From a virus (Duplodnaviria > Caudoviricetes): DNA of 64,000 nt. The stretch spans positions 1-64,000 of the IMG/VR virus record IMGVR_UViG_3300013947_000021; one strand, written 5' to 3'. The position numbers and the translations under genes are program-made. Below are positions 38,660 through 47,919 of the stretch, piece by piece; the stretch's first letter is position 1, and each line of letters starts with the position of its first letter. The notes under the pieces are model-generated. The model saw nothing but the letters and a program-made list of their open reading frames with translations. It ran no database searches and was not told the DNA's origin.

Positions 38660-39404
38660 AATTATTTGGGCTATATGATAAAACTCTAAAATTATCCAAT
38701 TTATATCTTTTTGATTTATTCAAAGATAAATCAACATCTACTATATCATCTACACAACGTATTACATCTTTTATAGATATAATTTTATTATCATATAATG
38801 ATAAAAATTTCAGATTTTCATTACCTAATACATCTTTAGTATTAAGCATAATTGAATCTATCCCATTATTATTAATAGAATTATCAATATCATGAGTATT
38901 TGATAGTACACTAATTGATATTGAACTTGTAGAAATGTAGCTATCCATATCTATATTATTCATAAAATCGATTCTAAGATCAAGATATGGATCACGACCT
39001 CTATAATCACATACATCAAAATAAGATATATTATAAGGAGTATCCAATTTTAATTTCTTTATAGTAACAGAGATATTATATTCATTATTATTCATGCCCC
39101 ACATATAATCATAATCATTATCGTCTAAATAATTGCTAGATACATAAAAGTTGTATTTATTATTTGTATCAAATACTTTTGCATCTTCTATATTAAATGC
39201 TTTTGATAATAATTTAAAATTATATTTATAATTTATCTCATTATCAATAGACATTTTTTCTACAAATGGATCAGGCTTATTAGTTATTAATTTTAGAACT
39301 TTATAAAATCCTAAAATATTAAAATTCATCCAATCACTTATTCTTCTGCTATCAGTATCGTAGCAAAAATTATTATATACTGCATTAATCTGAATATTAT
39401 TCAT
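38613..39404 (-). CDS. Hypothetical protein
   Basis: 263 aa. Confidence 0.7.
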   Translation of the reverse strand: MNNIQINAVYNNFCYDTDSRRISDWMNFNILGFYKVLKLITNKPDPFVEKMSIDNEINYKYNFKLLSKAFNIEDAKVFDTNNKYNFYVSSNYLDDNDYDYMWGMNNNEYNISVTIKKLKLDTPYNISYFDVCDYRGRDPYLDLRIDFMNNIDMDSYISTSSISISVLSNTHDIDNSINNNGIDSIMLNTKDVLGNENLKFLSLYDNKIISIKDVIRCVDDIVDVDLSLNKSKRYKLDNFRVLSYSPNNYAYSKGEKYNVKKYY

Positions 39405-40065
39405 TATTATTTTCCTTTATCATATTTTTAAATAATTCTAAATTTGTATTACGATATCTATTAATTCCTTCTTTATCTATATTAGCTTTTATATTAAATT
39501 CTTTAAGTTCAAAATTTGTATACCCATATTTTGAATTATATTTAATATTACCATCTATTAGATATAGAATAGAATCAAAACTTGAAGCAAGCTTTTTATT
39601 AATCAAGCAGGTATTAATAAATTCTGCAAAATTATCAATAGAATTTATAATACTTGATATATTATTATCTTTTTCTTGCTCATATAACCGTATAGTTATT
39701 CCTTCATTTATTGAAAATTTATTAGTATTATCATTCATTGATGAAAAATCAATCGAGAATTCTATTTGCATATATCTTCCAGGATGAGTATTTGATTTGA
39801 TAAATACTATGACTTCATCCATAGCAAAATATTTAATAGATATATTATTATCAGTCTCTTTTAAAATATTTTGAATATCTTCTATAATATTCATAAAATC
39901 AGATTCATATCGAATATCTGATTTAGATAATTTAGTTAAAGATTCGTCAATAGAATAAAAGTCGTTTATAATATCTATTATAATATTTTTAAAATTATTA
40001 TAATAATTAAGCGATGTCTTTGAAGAATCTACCCCTGTATAATTATAAATTGCCTCAGCATACAT
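39397..40065 (-). CDS. Hypothetical protein
   Basis: 222 aa. Confidence 0.7.
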   Translation of the reverse strand: MYAEAIYNYTGVDSSKTSLNYYNNFKNIIIDIINDFYSIDESLTKLSKSDIRYESDFMNIIEDIQNILKETDNNISIKYFAMDEVIVFIKSNTHPGRYMQIEFSIDFSSMNDNTNKFSINEGITIRLYEQEKDNNISSIINSIDNFAEFINTCLINKKLASSFDSILYLIDGNIKYNSKYGYTNFELKEFNIKANIDKEGINRYRNTNLELFKNMIKENNNE

Positions 40066-40079
40066 ATTTAAATATCCCC

Positions 40080-40787
40080 TTATATAATTTTATAATTGCA
40101 ACAGTAATCGAACGTTTCTATATTAAATTTTTCTTTAAATAATTCTAATGGATAATTAAAAAATTCTTCTAGTGATTTAATATCACTAGATTTTTCTATT
40201 TTTGCAATTCTTTTAAATAATCTTTTATCGTGCAGCATTGCATCTATTATATTAGGCATTTTAAAAGTATTTTGATTAATATTTATATATTTATCATAAT
40301 CTTTTATAATATTTTTAATAGCATTTGTTCTTTGATAAATTTCACTCTTTAAGCACATATAAATATGATCATTAATGAAATCCACTTCTATAGAAATTAT
40401 ATATACACCATATTTATATTTGATATGAATATGATCAGGTCTATAAGAATCTACAGACTTTGGTTTATTTGTATACCATTCTATATTTATTCCATATTTT
40501 TTAGAATAATTATTAATAATAACTTCATCAGTTAAATATTTAGTAATAAGATCTATTTCATGCTCAGATGCATATTTATTCATTCTAAATAGATTTGTCT
40601 TTTCATCTAGATCATCTATTAATTTATCTAATGAAGTATTTGAATAATGTATTGCAAAAACTTGACTCATAATATTTATAAGATTATAAATTGCAGATTT
40701 TACTTTATACTTATTTAAATAAGCATCATCTTTATTTTTAAAATCATTTAATGATACTCTATAAACCTTTTCGATATATGCAAACAT
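40080..40787 (-). CDS. Tandem paralog family member A
   Basis: LIDDLDEKTNLF; IIDAMLHDKRLFKR. Confidence 0.8.
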   Translation of the reverse strand: MFAYIEKVYRVSLNDFKNKDDAYLNKYKVKSAIYNLINIMSQVFAIHYSNTSLDKLIDDLDEKTNLFRMNKYASEHEIDLITKYLTDEVIINNYSKKYGINIEWYTNKPKSVDSYRPDHIHIKYKYGVYIISIEVDFINDHIYMCLKSEIYQRTNAIKNIIKDYDKYININQNTFKMPNIIDAMLHDKRLFKRIAKIEKSSDIKSLEEFFNYPLELFKEKFNIETFDYCCNYKII

Positions 40788-40844
40788 TTTTTATTTCTCC
40801 TTTTATTTATAATTTTTAGAGAGGTATTATAATACCTCTCTATA

Positions 40845-41564
40845 CTATTGTTTCAAGCAGTCTTTATCATAATAACAAGTATCAAATGTATTCACAATAA
40901 ATTTATCACTAAACGCATTATATGCAAAATTTAAATATTCATCCATTGTCTTAATCATACTATTATTTTTTATACTTTTAACTCGCCTAAATAGTCTTTC
41001 ATCATAAAGCATTGCATTTATAATAGGATGATGCTTCTCTCCAGGATGATCAACACTTATATCATAGCAATCACTCATAGCATTCTTAATTTCTTTTGAT
41101 CTTCTATAAACATCATTCTTTATACGCATATAAATATGATCTTTAAAGAAATCTATTATTATAAAAATTGTGTATGAACTATAATTATACTGAATTGAAA
41201 CAAATCCAAGCCTATCAGAGTTTGTATAAGGTAATTTATTTACATTCCATTCTATAGCTGTGCTAAAGCATTTAGAATAGCTATTCATAATAATTTCTCT
41301 ATCTAGAAATTCTCCAATAATATTTATCGGATTTTCTGATACAGATTCATTTGCTCCAAATAAATCAGTTTTTTCATCTAATTCATCTATCAATCTATTT
41401 AATGAATTAGTCGGACGATGTATTGGAAAAAGTTGACCTAAAATTTTTATAAGTCTACTAATTGAAAATTCTACATTGTATTTACTAAAATAAGTATCTT
41501 TCTTATTTTTAAATTCATTTGTCCTAATCCTGTAATTCCTTTCAACACTTACAATTACATTCAT
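40845..41564 (-). CDS. Tandem paralog family member B (start MNVIV)
   Basis: LIDELDEKTDLF; IINAMLYDERLFRR; AGGAGA RBS. Confidence 0.8.
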   Translation of the reverse strand: MNVIVSVERNYRIRTNEFKNKKDTYFSKYNVEFSISRLIKILGQLFPIHRPTNSLNRLIDELDEKTDLFGANESVSENPINIIGEFLDREIIMNSYSKCFSTAIEWNVNKLPYTNSDRLGFVSIQYNYSSYTIFIIIDFFKDHIYMRIKNDVYRRSKEIKNAMSDCYDISVDHPGEKHHPIINAMLYDERLFRRVKSIKNNSMIKTMDEYLNFAYNAFSDKFIVNTFDTCYYDKDCLKQ

Positions 41565-41583
41565 TTTTATTCTCCTTTGGATA

Positions 41584-42292
41584 TTAATTTCCATAAAGAT
41601 GCTTTCTTTGATATTTAATAGTATCAAAACTATCTATACCATAATTCCATTTATATTTAAATAAATTAATTGGATAATCTAAGAACTCTTCAAATGAACT
41701 AGTTTTTGAATTCTTCATTATATTTGATGGCCTTTTAAATAATCTTTCATCTGAGAACATTGCTTCTATTATATTACCATTTTCAGATTCATCTATTGCA
41801 GAAGCAATAGATTTATTTATTTTTAAAACCTCATTACTTATTGTAACAACAATTTCTGTAGCAAGAAATTGAATTGACATAATGATATTAAATCCTGCAG
41901 CTTTATATTTGATACAAATAATATCTAAACCAGAATTTTGGCCATTATATCCATTAGACTCTTTATTACAAAAAAATAGGCTTCCATCTAAATATTACAT
42001 CATAATGATTATCAAGATTGGATGTAATTGTAGATATGAATTCATAAATAATATTTGATCTAGAATTAAATTCTTCATTTCTATTAGTAAACAAAGATGT
42101 TTCAGAATCTAATCTAAATATTAATGTATTTACTAAATTTTCCTTTTGATTAATTGGAATAATTTGTGATGCAGTATCTACTAATATATTTACTACATCT
42201 TTTACATTTTCTTTACAATAATAATTCCCACTACTAAGAGTAGTGAGCATAGCTTTAGGAATATGATAAGCCCTTTCAATATTTGCGATCAT
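41584..42292 (-). pseudogene. Tandem paralog family member C, frameshifted at a T7 run
   Basis: ORFs 41966..42292 and 41584..41880 join if the run at 41970-41976 is one base shorter; LIFRLDSETSLF; IIEAMFSDERLFKR. Confidence 0.7.
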
Positions 42293-42305
42293 TGTATATT
42301 TCTCC

Positions 42306-42923
42306 TTATTTATTATTTACTATCTTAAATTCAGTTGTAGTATAAAAATCATAATTAGAAAGAAGATTATTGGTATAATTAACCAGGCTCTGATAATTCT
42401 GTGTTTCACTATATTTTTTAATCTCTCTATCTATTTTAAAACAATTCTTATTCATTTTTAATTGTTTTAATACTTCATAATCTACAAAATGTTTATTTTC
42501 ATCGGTGCATTTATAATTGACAAGTTCAATAAAGATTTTTCCATTTTCATATAAAATTGATATAGATGCTGTACCTAACGTATTGAATTTAATATAAATA
42601 TTATTATCTGGATTAGTATATATTGTCATTCTTTTATAACTATTATCATCTGTACAAAGTAAATTTCTCATATACTTAATAATTGTATCGCATATAATAT
42701 TACGATATTTTTTGTAATTCACTGCAAAATTATTCGTATTCTTTTCGATACAATTTATCATATTATCAAGGTCAGATTCGATAAATTTAATTGGAGTTAT
42801 ATTTGATGCTATTGATATAATTTTATATATCAAGTCCTTCAATCGATCCTTATCAAAATGCTGAGGATCCATCATGATTTTAGTTACGGGCATAACCTTT
42901 TCTGTTTTTAAAATTGCGTACAT
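42306..42923 (-). CDS. Diverged paralog family member D
   Basis: IISIASNITPI and MINCIEKNTNNF echo the family N-terminal motifs; early motif 42968-42981. Confidence 0.65.
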   Translation of the reverse strand: MYAILKTEKVMPVTKIMMDPQHFDKDRLKDLIYKIISIASNITPIKFIESDLDNMINCIEKNTNNFAVNYKKYRNIICDTIIKYMRNLLCTDDNSYKRMTIYTNPDNNIYIKFNTLGTASISILYENGKIFIELVNYKCTDENKHFVDYEVLKQLKMNKNCFKIDREIKKYSETQNYQSLVNYTNNLLSNYDFYTTTEFKIVNNK

Positions 42924-43036
42924 ATTTTTATTTCTCCTTTTATTTAGCTATTTTATAATAGCTTATTCATAAAAATAATATCTAATTAATAAAAAATATA
43001 GAGAAGTAGAATAGTCTACTTCTCTTTTAATTTTAA

Positions 43037-44716
43037 TTAAAAACTAGGATTTGACATTTTTGATTCATCTTCAGGAAGACAAAGAGTCAAATTATATAGG
43101 CTCTGCATAGCTTCCTTATCTGAAGTTCTAACACCTTTACCACCTAAATTAAATAAATGTGATTTAGACGATAACTGTTTATCAAGTTCAGCATTAGCCT
43201 CTTCTGAATATACTCCCTTTACAGTAACCTGGTCACCATCATAGTCACCACCTATACCATCAAGGTAAAGGTTACTAATATTAAGAGTATCGATAAAGCT
43301 ATTAGATGTATTACTACCAATATCAGCTTGTGTAATATAAGGATAATTCTTATAATATTTATTTCCAACTACCATAGGAGTAGTTTTATTAGTAGAAGCT
43401 ATACGAATTCTAGTAGGATACTGGTTAAAATAACTATCTATAGGATATCTGGTAATAAGAATATGCTTATCAGCAGTTGCTTCAACTGCAGCCATATAAA
43501 GAACATCACACCATGTAAGATCTCTATCCTGTATAGGATATTTACTTAAATCAGCTTTATTAGCAAAATCTTCTGCACTAACATCTCTTCCTTTAAATCT
43601 AAGTCTAACGACCCGTCCTTCAATAGTAGGAACTTCTATAGGAATAAATCTATTGGAGAATCCAGTACAGAATCTATCTATTTCTTTTTTGATTCTTTCA
43701 TCAGAGAACTCTATTTGATAATCCTTAGGATGAAGATACTTAATAGTATTATCTTTATCCATTGTAGGAATTACAGAGTCACCGGAGAATTCATTCTCAA
43801 AGAATCTTCTTACATGATACATTATAAATGGTAAGAAGTTTACACATGCCGATGCTAAAGGAAGAACCGAATAATCCAAATCAGCTTCAATATCATCAAG
43901 TTTTTCAACTTTTAATTCAGGAGCAGAAAGGACAAGACGAGAAGCATAGTCTGTAGTCTTAGACATGACACTCATTCTAAGTACACCAAGTTTACCAGGA
44001 ATGACATCAGAAGTCTTTTCACCATTAATGGTTGTGCCAGAACCAAACCAGTCATATATCTGAGTTAAAGTTTCCTGAATACGACCTCTAGTAGCATCAG
44101 ACAAATTCAATCCATAATCAGCAGATTCTCTAAGTGCCTTGACAAAAACTATAAGATTTCTATAAAGTTCATTTATTGCTCCAATAGCAACCTTTCCTTT
44201 ATCATTATTGACATCTCTATAGAATGCTGGACATACAATAAATTTCTTTATAAGCATCTGAGGAGTTCCCATATACTTTTCAAGAAAATTCACCTGCATA
44301 TCTCTACGCTTAGAGCTTGTACGCTTAAGCTTGAATTTATCTATATTCTTAATAAGAAACTTTATTCCAGTTTCTCCATTAGGATCTTCTTTAAGTTCAC
44401 CATTATCAGTAATAGTAAACCTTCTGATTCCATGAACACAATATTTTATACCAGAATCACTCTTGCACCACATTTTATAGATAAGAGGATTTATAAAAGT
44501 TTCATAAAGATCTATATACGCAAAAGTATTAGCCCTGTCATATTTAGTAATTCCAAAAATCTCATTAGAAAGTAATCCATCAGGACTAGGAACTCCATTT
44601 CTAACAAAAAATACTGGATTAGTGACTTCTCTCAAATTATTTACTTCAACAAGTTTATCAGGATCAACGAGATCGACTCGTAAATGCTTACCACGGAAAA
44701 TTTCATCTGCGGGCAT
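43037..44716 (-). CDS. Phage multisubunit RNA polymerase beta' N-terminal/catalytic fragment (probably virion RNAP)
   Basis: PDGLLSNEIFG, PAFYRD, GKLG..R..VMSK.TDYASR.V, ITRYP, catalytic GGDYDGD; CACA-N6-TA late-like motif 44735-44746. Confidence 0.88.
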   Translation of the reverse strand: MPADEIFRGKHLRVDLVDPDKLVEVNNLREVTNPVFFVRNGVPSPDGLLSNEIFGITKYDRANTFAYIDLYETFINPLIYKMWCKSDSGIKYCVHGIRRFTITDNGELKEDPNGETGIKFLIKNIDKFKLKRTSSKRRDMQVNFLEKYMGTPQMLIKKFIVCPAFYRDVNNDKGKVAIGAINELYRNLIVFVKALRESADYGLNLSDATRGRIQETLTQIYDWFGSGTTINGEKTSDVIPGKLGVLRMSVMSKTTDYASRLVLSAPELKVEKLDDIEADLDYSVLPLASACVNFLPFIMYHVRRFFENEFSGDSVIPTMDKDNTIKYLHPKDYQIEFSDERIKKEIDRFCTGFSNRFIPIEVPTIEGRVVRLRFKGRDVSAEDFANKADLSKYPIQDRDLTWCDVLYMAAVEATADKHILITRYPIDSYFNQYPTRIRIASTNKTTPMVVGNKYYKNYPYITQADIGSNTSNSFIDTLNISNLYLDGIGGDYDGDQVTVKGVYSEEANAELDKQLSSKSHLFNLGGKGVRTSDKEAMQSLYNLTLCLPEDESKMSNPSF

Positions 44717-44780
44717 AATTTCACCTCCAATTATTAATAATATGTGGAGTTTCTAAAAGATAAGAGTGAGCCCATTGGGC

Positions 44781-45086
44781 TCACTCATTTTCATTGACTA
44801 TATTTAAAGTTATAGCATTATTATCTATAGTAGCATTAATTATATACATCGATCCATATGAAATAAAATGCATACCATTAATAAAACTATATACTCTATT
44901 TGCATCCAGTATATTATTATAAATAATAATATACTCATCTGTTTCTTTCTTATAATCTAATGAATAATCAGAATCAAGTAAATGATATAGCATCATTATC
45001 TTATCAAAAAGATTTCTAATAGAATATGCTATAGTATCTTGATTATTCATGGTCTTTGTTATATTAATACAATCAAATTGATTCAT
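44781..45086 (-). CDS. Hypothetical protein
   Basis: 101 aa; GGAGG upstream. Confidence 0.65.
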   Translation of the reverse strand: MNQFDCINITKTMNNQDTIAYSIRNLFDKIMMLYHLLDSDYSLDYKKETDEYIIIYNNILDANRVYSFINGMHFISYGSMYIINATIDNNAITLNIVNENE

Positions 45087-45094
45087 TTTATTTA

Positions 45095-45343
45095 TTAACC
45101 TCCTTCCGCCATTTCTTCTATGGCATCTTCCAAATCATCTTCTGATATATTAGATAATGAAGGAGATTTTGGAACTTCATCAGTTGGCTTATATGTATTA
45201 TACCTTGCATTATTCTTATTTAATTCTTGCTGTTTTGCTTTTCTTTCTTCTTCTTTAGCACGTTCCTTTTGAACTTCAGAACGAAGGAATACTATTTTAT
45301 AAAGAGAATGAATATCATCAAATGGAGCATTTAGCATATCCAT
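45095..45343 (-). CDS. Small ORF; probable -1 frame extension of the upstream gene
   Basis: Frame stays open upstream to ~45439, overlapping the end of 45391..47235. Confidence 0.55.
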   Translation of the reverse strand: MDMLNAPFDDIHSLYKIVFLRSEVQKERAKEEERKAKQQELNKNNARYNTYKPTDEVPKSPSLSNISEDDLEDAIEEMAEGG

Positions 45344-45390
45344 TATAGATATTCTTCCCTTTAAAAATGAAGCAATAGATTCAACTAGAT

Positions 45391-47235
45391 TTACATACTC
45401 TGAATAGCTGCCAACTGATGCCGTGTAAAAAGCAAATTCTCAGGTGCAATATTTGCAGTCTCAGCAATCTGTTCTGCGCAGTCAGGGCAAGTTGCTCCAG
45501 GAATCTTATAGGTAACTGCATTATTATTTTCATCAAATTCATTAACCTTACCTCTAAGATTAAAGAACTCATCAGAAGTAAACTTATTGATTATATTATC
45601 AATATAAGTAGCAATACGTCTTGCAGAAGTCTTAGCAAGATCATTAGTAACAGGCTTGGTATTAATAGGCACAAGCATCTGATGATCAGGATCGATAAAG
45701 TAAATATTATCGATATAAGAAATAAGATCAATCATATCAGCATACTTTTCAAGGAATTTATCACTCAAAGCAGCAACTTCAATAGTTACATTCCAAATAC
45801 TAGGATGACGAAGTGCAACAGCATAGTTATCAGAGATCTGGAAGAGTTCAGATTCACCAAAGTCCTTAGCAGGAGCATTAGTATCCTTCTTACAGAACAT
45901 TTCTACATTATGCTTTACTTCATCACTAGCATAAGAAACCATATCATCAAAATTAACTTCTTTGATAAACATCTTCTTGCACTTAGAATTGGGGCATTCA
46001 TATGTAATGAAGTTACTATTAGCAAATGTAGCCTTATAGAGTGCAAAATAGATATGAGCAAGATCACTAAATCTAGTAGTCTTAAGCCAAGTTTCATAAT
46101 TCGGCTTAGACTTGTCTATAATATGATCATAGATAATACGATAAATATCTTTAAAAGTATTAAGTCTATTTCTAGTACTATTTGCAGGATTGAGTTTAAG
46201 AATTTCAGGACCAGAAAGGCCAGAAACAGAGATAGCCTTCTCTGCGCCATACATCATCCAGTCAGCAACATTGGGAACTGCTACAGTCTTATTGGCAATA
46301 ATCATATTAGCCTTTTCAGAGGTAATAGACTTATTTGCAATAGCAAACTTACTAAGATCAAACTTACTCTTTATAATAAGCTTACCTTCAAGCTCATTCT
46401 TGAGTTCCTTAATAGTCTCCTCTTCAGACTTTTCAGCAGTACCATCAATATCATATTCATCATCAGTATTATCATCATCGTCATCAAAGAGAGAAGAATT
46501 ACTTACTCCATCAAGAATATCAGTATCAATCTTCTTTTCAGGAACATGAACAGGCGTATCAGATACTGCAGAGGTTGATTCAGTAACAACTTTATTTTCA
46601 ATAGGATTATATGATACAGCCTTAGTAGAAATATGAATAGTATCAGGTTCTATTGTATTACCATGATTAGCATCAGTCTCTATTGTATCATGATCATATG
46701 AATCAGTATTAATACTATTTAAATCATCAGTATTGATATGAGGCTGTTTAATAGGTTCCTGATAATTATACTCATCAGAAGATGCAGTTTCAATATCTAC
46801 AGTATCAGTAGAATCACTAAAATTAAAATCCTCATTAGAAACATTATCAGATACCATATCATCAATATCCTTATAAGTTTTTGCAGATTCCTTTTCTTCC
46901 ATCTCTGCATCTCTCTTATCAAGGATTGCATCCATCTGGGATCCCATTTCTGCCTTAGTTCTATCGAGAGCTCTATCAAGATCTGCAAAGATATCAGTAT
47001 CAGGAGTAATAGCTTCTGACTTTACAGGAGTCTTCTTAGGGAAGAACTTATTAATATCTTCCGGAGACATTTCACTAATATTGGAGCTCTTAACAGGACC
47101 ATTATTAGTAGTAGGGATACGATTTACCATATTATTAATATCATCTACAGAGGCAGAAATATTGCTAGATCTTACAGCACTTCTACCTTCTACATTAGAA
47201 CCTCTAATTTCATTAAGGGAAGAGTTCTTTTCCAT
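45391..47235 (-). CDS. Putative baseplate-hub/tail assembly chaperone with two Cys pairs and acidic N-terminal half
   Basis: CPNSKC and CPDC; ends ENLLFTRHQL; downstream of the gp25-like gene. Confidence 0.55.
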   Translation of the reverse strand: MEKNSSLNEIRGSNVEGRSAVRSSNISASVDDINNMVNRIPTTNNGPVKSSNISEMSPEDINKFFPKKTPVKSEAITPDTDIFADLDRALDRTKAEMGSQMDAILDKRDAEMEEKESAKTYKDIDDMVSDNVSNEDFNFSDSTDTVDIETASSDEYNYQEPIKQPHINTDDLNSINTDSYDHDTIETDANHGNTIEPDTIHISTKAVSYNPIENKVVTESTSAVSDTPVHVPEKKIDTDILDGVSNSSLFDDDDDNTDDEYDIDGTAEKSEEETIKELKNELEGKLIIKSKFDLSKFAIANKSITSEKANMIIANKTVAVPNVADWMMYGAEKAISVSGLSGPEILKLNPANSTRNRLNTFKDIYRIIYDHIIDKSKPNYETWLKTTRFSDLAHIYFALYKATFANSNFITYECPNSKCKKMFIKEVNFDDMVSYASDEVKHNVEMFCKKDTNAPAKDFGESELFQISDNYAVALRHPSIWNVTIEVAALSDKFLEKYADMIDLISYIDNIYFIDPDHQMLVPINTKPVTNDLAKTSARRIATYIDNIINKFTSDEFFNLRGKVNEFDENNNAVTYKIPGATCPDCAEQIAETANIAPENLLFTRHQLAAIQSM

Positions 47236-47259
47236 TTTATTAACCTCCATAATCTAATT

Positions 47260-47649
47260 TTATAGATCAGCTAAATGTGTAAATTTACTTACAATAGTTT
47301 GAGCAGCACTATTATAAATGAATCCATATATAGTACTATCTATCTCTATTGTAATATATATTGTTTCTTTATCTTGATTTACATTTACAGATGCAGACTG
47401 ATAATCTGGTAAATATGTAACAATCTGTTTCTGTATATCTTTTTTTAAATTGCTTACATTTATTCCATTTACGCTATACATGTATTTAGAATAAAGTCCC
47501 ACACCCATTTCCGGATGCGATTGAATGGTTCCTGACTCAAGTAGAAGTAATCTTGTTAAAAGTACTGCTACTGCTTCAGGATTTTTATATACCTTTGGAT
47601 TTTCGAAATCATCAATAGAAAAAGAGTATTCTTCTGATATAGTAGCCAT
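47260..47649 (-). CDS. Baseplate wedge subunit (T4 gp25/GPW-like)
   Basis: LLLLESGTIQSHPEMGVGL motif; size; late motif 47684-47695. Confidence 0.65.
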   Translation of the reverse strand: MATISEEYSFSIDDFENPKVYKNPEAVAVLLTRLLLLESGTIQSHPEMGVGLYSKYMYSVNGINVSNLKKDIQKQIVTYLPDYQSASVNVNQDKETIYITIEIDSTIYGFIYNSAAQTIVSKFTHLADL

Positions 47650-47737
47650 TATATCACCTCTTTTTAATTAATTTAATATTTTTTAATACTTTGTTGTAGA
47701 TTTTAAAATATACAGACTTTTGATAAAACATATAAAT

Positions 47738-47868
47738 AATATACTAATATAAATTATTCACCTACATAAAGCCAAAATTATTTTCTTTTAATTCATATTT
47801 TCTTCTTTTCATTTTAACCTCCTTTTTTATATATAGAGAGATAGCGTTTTGCTATCTCTCATGCTTTT
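47738..47868 (+). ncRNA. Candidate anti-SD small RNA 3
   Basis: AACA-N6-TA at 47727-47738; pyrimidine tract ending cattttaacctcctttt; hairpin 47836-47860 followed by T-rich tail. Confidence 0.42.
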
Positions 47869-47919
47869 TATTCATACTTCAACATAGCTATAATATGATT
47901 ACATAGGAGGTCAATAATA

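Noticed and set aside
45418-46578. 386-aa plus-strand ORF and similar long antisense ORFs (11531..12244, 27056..27805, 53371..54216, 60810..61433, 3318..3842)
   Set aside because: They lie wholly opposite well-supported genes, lack an RBS and have I/S/L-rich shadow-frame composition
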